64,000 nucleotides of DNA from positions 2,607-66,606 of the forward strand of contig DAVZID010000007.1 of the NCBI GenBank assembly GCA_052273485.1. Reading direction: 5' to 3'. This document shows, one piece after another, positions 40,843 through 49,714 of the stretch. Each line of letters begins with the position of its first letter. The first letter of the stretch is position 1. The notes beneath the pieces were generated by a model that was not told the DNA's origin, ran no database searches, and saw only the letters and a program-made list of their open reading frames with translations. Source of the stretch: Lachnospiraceae bacterium (GTDB lineage: Bacteria; Bacillota; Clostridia; Lachnospirales; Lachnospiraceae). The position numbers were made by a program, and so were the translations under genes.

Positions 40843-41931
40843 TTAACCAAGAATCTTTTCTGCGATCAGATCGCCCATAGAAACGGTGCCAACCTGTGTC
40901 ATGCCTTCTGACATGATATCAACGGTACGATAACCTGCCTGTAAAACCTCTTCTACTGCGGTCTCAACTGCCTTTGCTTCTTCGTCAAGATCGAAGGAAT
41001 AACGAAGCAGCATTGCTGCTGAGAGAATCGTCGCAATCGGGTTTGCAATGCCCTTTCCTGCGATATCCGGCGCAGAGCCGTGGCTTGGCTCATAGAGTCC
41101 AAGCTTACCTGCACCAAGGCTTGCGGATGACAGCATACCGATGGAACCAGTGATCATACTTGCCTCATCCGAAAGAATATCACCAAACATGTTCTCGGTC
41201 AGAATGACATCGAACTGTCTCGGATTCATAACAAGCTGCATTGCACAGTTGTCAACTAACATATGCTTTACCGTTACATCCGGATAATCTTTTGCGACTT
41301 CATCGACAACGACTCTCCACAGTCTGGAGGTGTCCAGGACGTTTGCCTTATCGACGCTGATTACATTCTTGCCGCGCTTTCTTGCAATCTCGAATGCCTT
41401 GATCGCAATTCTCTTAATCTCATTCTCGTCATATGCCATAATATCGGTAGACTTGCGAACACCATTTACTTCCTCTGTCTTATGTTCTCCGAAGTACACG
41501 CCTCCGGTCAGCTCTCTCATCATAACGATATCAAATCCATTGCCAACGATCTCTGGCTTTAACGGACAAGCATCCTTTAACTGTGCAAACAGCTTTGCAG
41601 GACGGATGTTCGCAAACAGTCCCAATCCCTTACGAATCTTTAACAGGCCTGCCTCCGGTCTTAAGTTTGGTGCTACCTGATACCATCTTGAATTGCCGAC
41701 ATTTCCGCCTACTGCACCGAGCAGTACCGCGTCACTTGCCTTTGCCTTTTCAAGTGCTTCCTCTGTCAGCGGTTCGCCATATGCATCGATAGAGCAGCCA
41801 CCCATCAGAAGGGTCTCATATTCAAATTCATGTCCATATTTTTTTGCTACAGTATCCAATACCTTTTTCGCTTCTGCCACAATCTCAGGACCAATTCCGT
41901 CACCTGGTATCAACGCAATCTTTCCAGTCAT
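40843..41931 (-). CDS. leuB: 3-isopropylmalate dehydrogenase
   Basis: This 362-aa protein has the motif [21 protein letters not shown]. Confidence 0.93.
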   Translation of the reverse strand: MTGKIALIPGDGIGPEIVAEAKKVLDTVAKKYGHEFEYETLLMGGCSIDAYGEPLTEEALEKAKASDAVLLGAVGGNVGNSRWYQVAPNLRPEAGLLKIRKGLGLFANIRPAKLFAQLKDACPLKPEIVGNGFDIVMMRELTGGVYFGEHKTEEVNGVRKSTDIMAYDENEIKRIAIKAFEIARKRGKNVISVDKANVLDTSRLWRVVVDEVAKDYPDVTVKHMLVDNCAMQLVMNPRQFDVILTENMFGDILSDEASMITGSIGMLSSASLGAGKLGLYEPSHGSAPDIAGKGIANPIATILSAAMLLRYSFDLDEEAKAVETAVEEVLQAGYRTVDIMSEGMTQVGTVSMGDLIAEKILG

Positions 41932-42297
41932 CTTTTATCCTTTCCAACAGCCAACGGCTGTCTGCACAAAGTTTCTTTAATGACTACAATTCACATGACG
42001 CGTGAACTGTAGGTCAAATCATAACGAAAGTACAAGCACCTTGCAGCACTTGTACTTCCCTATGTTAGTATATTTTGGTTTTTTTTTCAAGAGAACAAAC
42101 TTTGTTTCACAAATACCATCAACAAGTAATTAAATTACATCAATTTTTTTGAAGTAACTCAACACTTATCAATAAAATGCAATGAGGTTATTTGCTCTAA
42201 TATATCCTCTATTGTTTTTTGCTTTCGGTAAGTTCACGGATGCAAGTTACGAAGGCGGTTCGACGATTGTTTTGACGCGTTGTAAACTATATTACTC

Positions 42298-42597
42298 TTA
42301 CTCCTTCATTCTCTCAAATACCATCTCGTAGCCGTCACTTCCAAAGTTTAAGCTTCGGTTCACACGGCTGATTGTCGCGGTGGATGCACCTGTCTTCTGC
42401 GCGATCTCAAGATAGGTATTCTTTTGGCGCAGCATGGAAGCGACCTCAAAACGCTGCGCAATCGACTGAAGCTCATTTACGGTACATACGTCCTCAAAAA
42501 AGGCATAACACTCGTCAATATCCTTCAGTGTCAGAATTGCCTGAAACAGATGATCCGTCTCAGGATTTTTAATTTTTTTATTCATTCTAATTGCCAT
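42298..42597 (-). CDS. yerC: YerC/YecD-family TrpR-like protein
   Basis: This 99-aa protein has the HTH segment YLEIAQKTGASTATISRVNRSL. Confidence 0.85.
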   Translation of the reverse strand: MAIRMNKKIKNPETDHLFQAILTLKDIDECYAFFEDVCTVNELQSIAQRFEVASMLRQKNTYLEIAQKTGASTATISRVNRSLNFGSDGYEMVFERMKE

Positions 42598-42682
42598 GTG
42601 CGTTTTTGACAGGTACTAGCGGTCCATGATGAAAAACTGTCAGCGCACACGGCTTCTCCTTTCCTTTGTCTTTTCGATCTGC

Positions 42683-43474
42683 TTATATTTTGGCACGGTA
42701 AAGCGAAAAAGTCAAGTCTTTTTGATAAGTTACAATTGTTTGATTGGTATTGCTGTTTGTCTGTGCACCTGTTCCTGCACCAGACGTTTCCTCAGACGCC
42801 TTTTGCTCGCCACACACATCCATGCCATAAAAGTGTGCACCTGACGCTTTTGCAGTCTCCAAAAAGTCCAAAATTTCTGAAAGCTTCATGCTGCCCTGGC
42901 TCCAGTCGGTAACGGCCTCTTTTCGGTCTAGTACATCCTTATCCAGTGAAATGTAGACTGGCCATTCCAAAAGTGCTTTATACAGTTCTTCTTTTCGTTC
43001 GTCAAATTCTTCCTCTGTCACCCATGTGATGCGTGAATCGGAAAGAAGTTGCACTGCCGTACCGTCCTCATCCGCCGGGCCAACTAAGATTGCCTTTTTT
43101 AAATTTGGAAGATCCTTTAATGCGCAAAGAACCCAGCTGCCGCAAGTTAACAGATCGCCGCCAAATGCACTCTCCATGCAGTCTGAGTGGTGATCAAATA
43201 AAAGAAGGCTAAATGGCTGATCAATTCGCTGCAAAAACAAAAGACTTAAATAATGATAATCGCCTGAGTCAATAAAATGAAGCACATTTACGGGAACGTC
43301 AGCTAGTCGGTTTGTCAATTCTTCTCTCGCCTCATCGCTGCAAAAATATAGGCTGCCGGACACATCGGTGCAGTCAATGCATATACAATCAGGTGATTGT
43401 CCCTTTTCTTTTGCCTTCCAAAAGGGCTGGCTGTCATAGGCACCTGACAATGAAATCAAATAATACGGGATCAT
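42683..43474 (-). CDS. arginase/ureohydrolase-family protein (short form)
   Basis: The motifs SGDYHY, LLFDHHSD (DxHxD) and ISLDKDVLD (SxDxD) are present. The ATG at 43474 overlaps the upstream stop as ATGA. Confidence 0.7.
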   Translation of the reverse strand: MIPYYLISLSGAYDSQPFWKAKEKGQSPDCICIDCTDVSGSLYFCSDEAREELTNRLADVPVNVLHFIDSGDYHYLSLLFLQRIDQPFSLLLFDHHSDCMESAFGGDLLTCGSWVLCALKDLPNLKKAILVGPADEDGTAVQLLSDSRITWVTEEEFDERKEELYKALLEWPVYISLDKDVLDRKEAVTDWSQGSMKLSEILDFLETAKASGAHFYGMDVCGEQKASEETSGAGTGAQTNSNTNQTIVTYQKDLTFSLYRAKI

Positions 43475-44169
43475 ACCGGCTTGTCCTCCTGACAACCATT
43501 TTCCTGACTTTTGTTTTGGGAAAAAGTTGCTTTCAAATACTCTCTTACTGCAAGCAAATCCGGTAGAATCACACCAGTCAAACAGCGCATTTCTTCATCT
43601 GGCTCTAATAGATCCGGCACCATAATCGGATACAGTCCTGCGGCATGGAGAGAACGCACTCCATTAAAAGAGTCTTCTACACCGTAGGCACTCTTTGGAT
43701 CAATACCCATGCGCTTACATGCCTCCAAATAAATGTCTGGCTCTGGCTTACTCTTTTGGGCCATCTCGCCACCCACGATCACATCAAAGTACTGCACCAG
43801 TCCGGCATGCGTCAACTGGCGGATTACGGTTTGGCTTCTGGTGGAGGAGGCAAGACCGACATGCGCACCACTCTCCTTTAACCATGACAGCAACTCTCTT
43901 GCTCCTTTTTTGACTGGAAGCCCCTCTGCCTCTTCAATCTCATGAAAACGGTTGGATGTATCCTTTCGAAATTCCTCATATGGGAAATCTGCGCCCTGAT
44001 AGCCGCACACGATTTCTTTTGTCTTTTCAATAGTCGTGCCGATGCAGGCATGAAACATCCCCTTTGCATCTTTTAACTGATATTTTTCTTTGTAGTCCTG
44101 CCAACAGCGTTCGCATACATGCTCGGAATCAAAAATAACTCCATCCATATCAAATACAATATTCATCAT
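43471..44169 (-). CDS. HAD-IA family hydrolase (phosphatase / beta-phosphoglucomutase-like)
   Basis: HAD motif I is FDMDGVIFDSE, and motif IV is the VEDSFNGV region. Confidence 0.8.
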   Translation of the reverse strand: MMNIVFDMDGVIFDSEHVCERCWQDYKEKYQLKDAKGMFHACIGTTIEKTKEIVCGYQGADFPYEEFRKDTSNRFHEIEEAEGLPVKKGARELLSWLKESGAHVGLASSTRSQTVIRQLTHAGLVQYFDVIVGGEMAQKSKPEPDIYLEACKRMGIDPKSAYGVEDSFNGVRSLHAAGLYPIMVPDLLEPDEEMRCLTGVILPDLLAVREYLKATFSQNKSQENGCQEDKPV

Positions 44170-44207
44170 TTCTTCTCCCTTCTATGTCTTTTTTTGAAAG
44201 CACAAAT

Positions 44208-44229
44208 GCCGCCCTGTTGTCAGGGCGGC
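44208..44229 (-). terminator. GC-rich hairpin (terminator or attenuator) 40 nt upstream of the HAD gene
   Basis: GCCGCCCTG-TTGT-CAGGGCGGC forms a 9-bp GC-rich stem. The minus-strand tail is ATTTGTGCTTTC and the plus-strand tail is GAAATTCTATTTTCG. Confidence 0.6.
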
Positions 44230-44251
44230 GAAATTCTATTTTCGTAACATA

Positions 44252-44346
44252 TATGAGGCGCTGAGGTGAATGTGCTTTACGAGACGGGACGTTGTAGCGG
44301 GCCCGTTGTCAAAATACAAAGTCACTTCACCGAAGCGCCCCTCATA
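44252..44346. other. 95-nt imperfect long hairpin in the uxuB-HAD intergenic region
   Basis: The arms are TATGAGGCGCTGAGGTGAA and TTCACCGAAGCGCCCCTCATA. They pair with a 2-nt bulge and a tandem G-A/A-G internal loop. The apical part contains ACGGG/CCCGT. Confidence 0.6.
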
Positions 44347-44365
44347 ACCTACCGGGTCTCCAGTT

Positions 44366-45982
44366 TTAGTCTACATACTTCTTTAAGGTGTTGCGCACTG
44401 CATCCTTGCCAGCCAGCATCTCAACGAACATGCCCTCTACCTTATCTGCAAGACCAGCCTCGTACATGTCAACGCCAAAGATTGCCTTGTTGGTCAAGAT
44501 GTCCTTAAGCTGTCCCTTGTAGGTTTCTGGCTTTCCAGCCTCTACACCTGCGAGCTTGCTCTGAAGCTCATCTAACATCGGGTCGCTGCTAAGCTCCATC
44601 TTCTGAAGCTTATCATCGGTTCCAAGCAGATAACGAAGCCATCCAGCAATTGCAAGCGGAATGTACACTAAGGATGCGCAGTCAAGTTCGCTGCTTGCCA
44701 TATAGGACTTCATAGTCTCACCAAAACGAACAGTGATCTTCTGAGAGGTATCGGTTGCGATACGCTGCGGGGTATCTGGCATGAATGGATTTGGAAGACG
44801 CTTCTCAATAACCTCGTCGATAAATGCCTTCGGAGAAAGGATGCCCGGGTCGGTAACAACCTTCATGCCTTCATCGTAACCGATGTGACGAATCAGTCCA
44901 GTCAGTTCTTTATCCTTCATCTCGTCTGCGATCAGGTTGTAGCCAAGCAGACAACCATATACAGCCAGTGCGGTATGCAGCGGATTCAGACAGGTTGTTA
45001 CCTTCATGCGCTCTACACGGTTTACAGTATCTCGGTCGGTCAGGTAAACACCAGCCTTCTCCAAAGACGGGCGACCATTCGGGAACTTGTCCTCGATTAC
45101 AAGATACTGCGGTCCCTCTGCGTTTACAAACGGTGCAATATAGGTATTTCTGGAAGTGATAACCGGAGCCATCTCCTCAACGCCTGCTGCCTCTAACTTC
45201 TCCTCAACGGCCTTTGCCGGTCTTGGGGTGATCTTATCGATCATACTCCATGGGAAGCTAATGCTAGACTCATCCTCAAGGTATGCAATAAACTCCTCGG
45301 TTACAAAACCTTTTTCTGCCCATGCCTTTGCGATTGTCATGACAGATGCCTGAAGCTTCTCACCATTGTGAGAACAGTTATCCATGCTAACAACAGCAAG
45401 CGGATAGCGGCCTGCCTTAAAACGCTCGAAAAGAAGTGCTGCAACGATGCTCATCGCATGCTTTGCACTTGCCGGGCCATTTTCGATATCAGATGCAACA
45501 ACTGGAAGGAAGTTTCCATTGATTCCCTTCAGCGCGTAACCCTTCTCGGTAACCGTAAAGCTGATCATCTGTAAGGATGAATTTGCAAAGATATCCTTTA
45601 ATCTGTCATACTCTGCTTCATCAGCTGTATTTGCCTTAATTCCGTCTGCGATACTTGCGATCACGCGGCTGGATGTGCTGCCGTCTGGAAGAAGCGTTAC
45701 CATCAGTGTCATGGACTGATGTGGCTTGTAGATCTTATCAATGATATCATAATCAAAGGTCTCTGCTGCGATGATTCCTCTGTCTGCTGCGCCCTTGTTT
45801 AACAGATCTTCCTGTAAACCTGCAATGTAACCACGGAAAATGTTACCTGCACCAAAATGAACCCATACCGGATTTTCCAGTGTCTTTTTATGAACGGCTT
45901 CAATATCATAGGATGGCAGTGTAATTGCTGCCTTTGCAAATTCATTTTTCTTTTGTGTTACATCCTGTAATGTCAGTTTCAT
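44366..45982 (-). CDS. uxuB: mannitol-dehydrogenase-family oxidoreductase, probable fructuronate reductase
   Basis: The N-terminal Rossmann segment is VHFGAGNIFRGYIA. The ATG at 45982 follows AAAGGAGAA and overlaps the uxuA stop as ATGA. Confidence 0.8.
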   Translation of the reverse strand: MKLTLQDVTQKKNEFAKAAITLPSYDIEAVHKKTLENPVWVHFGAGNIFRGYIAGLQEDLLNKGAADRGIIAAETFDYDIIDKIYKPHQSMTLMVTLLPDGSTSSRVIASIADGIKANTADEAEYDRLKDIFANSSLQMISFTVTEKGYALKGINGNFLPVVASDIENGPASAKHAMSIVAALLFERFKAGRYPLAVVSMDNCSHNGEKLQASVMTIAKAWAEKGFVTEEFIAYLEDESSISFPWSMIDKITPRPAKAVEEKLEAAGVEEMAPVITSRNTYIAPFVNAEGPQYLVIEDKFPNGRPSLEKAGVYLTDRDTVNRVERMKVTTCLNPLHTALAVYGCLLGYNLIADEMKDKELTGLIRHIGYDEGMKVVTDPGILSPKAFIDEVIEKRLPNPFMPDTPQRIATDTSQKITVRFGETMKSYMASSELDCASLVYIPLAIAGWLRYLLGTDDKLQKMELSSDPMLDELQSKLAGVEAGKPETYKGQLKDILTNKAIFGVDMYEAGLADKVEGMFVEMLAGKDAVRNTLKKYVD

Positions 45983-47052
45983 CTCTGATTCTCCTTTACA
46001 ATAGCCTCCCACAGACCGCATAAATATGCGGCACCAAGTGCTCTGTCATACAGACCGTATCCCGGCATTGCCTTCTCACCCCAGATCATTCTTCCATGGT
46101 CTGGACGGATAATTCCATCGAATCCAGTGTCATACAATGCCTTCATGATTGCATGCATATCAAAGGTACCATCAGAGGACAGATGAGCGGACTCCTCGAA
46201 ATCGTTCATGCCGTCGTTGAACTGTAAGTTTCTGATATGTGCAAAATGGATTCTTCCCTTCAGGGCATGAATCATCTCTACTAAGTTATTGTTTAAGTTC
46301 GTGCCGTAGGAACCGGTACAGAAGGTAACACCGTTGTGCGGGTTATCTACCATCTTCATCATGCGAAGGATGTGTTCCTTGTTGTTGATGATACGCGGCA
46401 GACCAAATACGCTCCAAGACGGATCATCTGGATGGATTGCCATGTTGATGTCGTACTTATCACATACTGGCATGATTGCTTCCAGGAAATACTTTAAGTT
46501 TGCAAACAGCTTTTCCTCGTCGATGTCTGCATACTCCTCGAACAGCTGCTTTACCTTTGCCATACGCTCTGGCTCCCAACCTGGCATAACAGTTCCGTTC
46601 ATATCATTTGAAATGGAATCAAACATCTTTGCCGGATCGATGCTGTCTACAGTCTTCTGATTGTATGCAAGAACGGTGGAACCATCCTTTCTCATACGGG
46701 CCAACTCAGTACGTGTCCAGTCAAATACTGGCATAAAGTTGTAGCATACCATATGGATGTCTGCCTTACCAAGGTTCTCCAGTGTCTTGATATATGCATC
46801 AATATCCTTGTCACGCTCTGGAGCTCCCGTTTTGATTGCATCGCTGATATTTACACTCTCAATGCCCGGAAGAGTCAAACCTGCTGCCTCTACCTCATTC
46901 TTAAGAGCCATAATCTCCTCATAAGTCCACAGCTCACCTGGCATTTTGTTGTAAAGAGTAGAAATAACACCCTTTACATAAGCGGTCTGTCTGATCTGCT
47001 GTAAGGTAACGGTATCATACTGGCTGCCGTACCATCTCATTGTCATCTGCAT
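45979..47052 (-). CDS. uxuA: mannonate dehydratase
   Basis: The N-terminus MQMTMRWYGSQYDTVTLQQIRQ is typical of UxuA. The RBS is GGAGGAG. Confidence 0.88.
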   Translation of the reverse strand: MQMTMRWYGSQYDTVTLQQIRQTAYVKGVISTLYNKMPGELWTYEEIMALKNEVEAAGLTLPGIESVNISDAIKTGAPERDKDIDAYIKTLENLGKADIHMVCYNFMPVFDWTRTELARMRKDGSTVLAYNQKTVDSIDPAKMFDSISNDMNGTVMPGWEPERMAKVKQLFEEYADIDEEKLFANLKYFLEAIMPVCDKYDINMAIHPDDPSWSVFGLPRIINNKEHILRMMKMVDNPHNGVTFCTGSYGTNLNNNLVEMIHALKGRIHFAHIRNLQFNDGMNDFEESAHLSSDGTFDMHAIMKALYDTGFDGIIRPDHGRMIWGEKAMPGYGLYDRALGAAYLCGLWEAIVKENQR

Positions 47053-47226
47053 AACGAATTCTCCTCCTGTTTGAACTGCCAATTATCCATTACAGATAAG
47101 CTGCAGTTTTATATATTTTTTACTATACTTACATATTAGCATAGATCACTGTGATTGAAAATGTGTTTTCTTACATTTTTTGTGTGGTTTTTGGCAGTAA
47201 AATTTTTGTTCGTGCTGCACTCATAC

Positions 47227-49671
47227 TTACAAAAACTGTGTCACATCTTTGCATGCCACATAGCTTAGTTCAAAGTTCTGCGCTGTCAGTGTTTTTGACT
47301 CTTTGTCATAAGATGGCGACGTTTCTTTTGCGCGTTTTTTAAATGTTGCAAAACTAACATCTGATTTTTGACCGCCGCAAACACAAAGATAAGCTGCATT
47401 TTTGCTGTAAGCGCGCTGCTCACAATTAAAATTCATACCATTGTGTGCTTCCAGTTTTTCACTGCACCATAATGCCAGATAGCCTGTTTCTTTGCGAAGG
47501 AATATCCAGTTTTCTTCATGAATCACCTCATCAAAACGACACTCTGGACAATATAAATGAGTATACCCAATTGGATGCTCATCCGGAATTGCATAAATAC
47601 CGCCAAGAAGACCATGCTGCTGTTTTAATGCTGGCATCACACCATTTCCATGCCAGTAGCCTGGGCGCATATCGCCCTCCTCTGATGTAGAACCTGGATG
47701 AGTCACGAAGATGCTTGCCTCACCGTCAAGTGCCGCATACCACATGTGCTGCTGATAGCCGTAGGTACCTGGTCTAAAATAGGTGGTTCCATGGAAGCGC
47801 TCGTTGAAGGACTTTGTAAAGTTGTGGGTTGTGATATCCACATTTTCCTTCAAAGTCTCGTTCTCCCAACGTGTAAACGGCTCTCTCGGAGATGCCACAC
47901 TAGTTAGGCAGTAATCTGCATTTTTCTCCAGATAAACTCTTGCATTTCCGGTCGTGTAGTTGGTTTCCACATCGTCCTCCATCAGCTTTACCAGTCCTTC
48001 TGGAATCGGATATTTACTGCTTGCATAGAAGCCAAGCCAGCCCTCGCCAAAGGTATACGGAAGTGCCGGATTGATCAGATTCATCAGTGCCATCGCACCC
48101 TGATCAAATGGATACAATACACTTCTGTACACGCGTCCCATAGGTGCCACGATACCAGTCTTGTAGGTGTGAAGCGCCAGCATAGACAACATCTTATCCG
48201 TAATCGCTGCCGCACGCTTTGAGATTTCTGGCTCGGAATAATCGACCACGTTGATCAAAGCTGCAAAGGTAACACACATGTAAACGGTGCTCAAAAACTC
48301 CTCGAAGCCATACTCTTCCACATCATCCAGCCACTGTAAGACCTTGTTTCTTCCATATAAATGGAGTTCTTTTCCAGTCATCTTGGCACGAGAAAAATAC
48401 TCGTCCGGATACATTTCACCTGCATTCATCGCACAGGTATAGAACATCAGCGCATGATTCTCACTCCAGAAGCACATGCCGTCAAAGCCATCCATATCCA
48501 TCCAATAGCGATAATTGAGCATAACATCTTTAATACGCTCTTTCATTGCTCCTTCAACTGGATAATTATGCAAATAACGAATCAATCCGCACATTAAAAA
48601 GTCAGAACAGTCATAACGTTCTTCGATCATCTCAAGCATCTCATACATCAATCGCTCATCATCCATAGAGTTGTCATTGAAATGCTTTCTTGCAAGGATG
48701 TTTGAGATCGGGAATCCAAACTTTTCACCGCGGCTCTCGCTCATAACATCTGCAATTCGTCTGAATATAAGCTCCTTATTTTCTTCAAAGCTAAATGCAC
48801 TTCCATCCTCGCGCAATGCATATTTTGGTACAAGCTGCTCTGTGCGTTCAAAGACACGCTTAAGCTCAAGCTTTCCTAACACAACTTTCACTGTTACATA
48901 TGGCTGTCCATTTTCTAAAAGAATCTCGCTTTTTCCCTCTGCCTGATACCAAACAGCTGGAATCATTGCCTTTGCAAAATCCTCTTCATAATAGCGGTAT
49001 GTATAAGTTGTTCCACTTGGAGCCTGGCTGTCAAAACAGAGCTTATTTGACTCTAAACGTGCACTCTCCAAAAATGCTTCTGCCACAGCTGCAGTGTCAG
49101 CACATGCTTCATCTGGAATTGACACTTTAATTTCATCCTTATGATTTAAAATCTGCAGACCTGCTACACTTCTTGTATCACGCACACCAAGATTCTCACA
49201 TGCTAAATAAATAAGATTGCGTCCTGCTTTTAAATGAAGTGTCAGCTCTTTTTTCTGAATTGGCTTATAAACTGGCTGCTTTAATGTGCCTTCTAATCTG
49301 CCGTTGCAATACACATCAACTGCTGCATATGACCACAGCACTGCCGCAACATCAATATCAGATGATGTCTCAAGCACAGTTGCAATGTCAAAATGAATAC
49401 GGCGCATAACAGAATAGAACGTTGAAATATTCACAAAACAGCTTCCACTGTCATAATAATACTTCCATTCTTCATCCAGACGGCTCTTTGCACCAACAAG
49501 AATCTCACCAGTTTCACCAACTGGTTTGTGTTCTGCAATTACAGAACGCAGATATGCCTCATAGCGAAGCTGATTTTTATCCTTCGCCTCATTAAAATAA
49601 GGCTCTTCCTGAGGACCTGACACCATAAAATGTGTCACAAATCCATCCAGGCCTAGTTTCCATCCGCTCAT
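47227..49671 (-). CDS. uncharacterised 814-aa cytoplasmic protein, possible carbohydrate-active enzyme
   Basis: It has no signal peptide. The N-terminal beta-sandwich-like segment (AAVDVYCNGRLEG...LTLHLKAGRNLIYLACENLG) resembles the sugar-binding N-domains of GH2/GH78 enzymes. The helical middle carries FWSENHALMFY. I recognise no family. Confidence 0.55.
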   Translation of the reverse strand: MSGWKLGLDGFVTHFMVSGPQEEPYFNEAKDKNQLRYEAYLRSVIAEHKPVGETGEILVGAKSRLDEEWKYYYDSGSCFVNISTFYSVMRRIHFDIATVLETSSDIDVAAVLWSYAAVDVYCNGRLEGTLKQPVYKPIQKKELTLHLKAGRNLIYLACENLGVRDTRSVAGLQILNHKDEIKVSIPDEACADTAAVAEAFLESARLESNKLCFDSQAPSGTTYTYRYYEEDFAKAMIPAVWYQAEGKSEILLENGQPYVTVKVVLGKLELKRVFERTEQLVPKYALREDGSAFSFEENKELIFRRIADVMSESRGEKFGFPISNILARKHFNDNSMDDERLMYEMLEMIEERYDCSDFLMCGLIRYLHNYPVEGAMKERIKDVMLNYRYWMDMDGFDGMCFWSENHALMFYTCAMNAGEMYPDEYFSRAKMTGKELHLYGRNKVLQWLDDVEEYGFEEFLSTVYMCVTFAALINVVDYSEPEISKRAAAITDKMLSMLALHTYKTGIVAPMGRVYRSVLYPFDQGAMALMNLINPALPYTFGEGWLGFYASSKYPIPEGLVKLMEDDVETNYTTGNARVYLEKNADYCLTSVASPREPFTRWENETLKENVDITTHNFTKSFNERFHGTTYFRPGTYGYQQHMWYAALDGEASIFVTHPGSTSEEGDMRPGYWHGNGVMPALKQQHGLLGGIYAIPDEHPIGYTHLYCPECRFDEVIHEENWIFLRKETGYLALWCSEKLEAHNGMNFNCEQRAYSKNAAYLCVCGGQKSDVSFATFKKRAKETSPSYDKESKTLTAQNFELSYVACKDVTQFL

Positions 49672-49714
49672 TTGCTTTTTCCTCCTAAAGCATCATTGAC
49701 TCTACTTACGCTGA

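Noticed and set aside
44266-44508. An 80-aa plus-strand ORF across the uxuB 3' end and the intergenic hairpin.
   Set aside because: It overlaps a well-supported gene in antisense. It has no RBS and an implausible Cys/Pro/Arg-rich composition.
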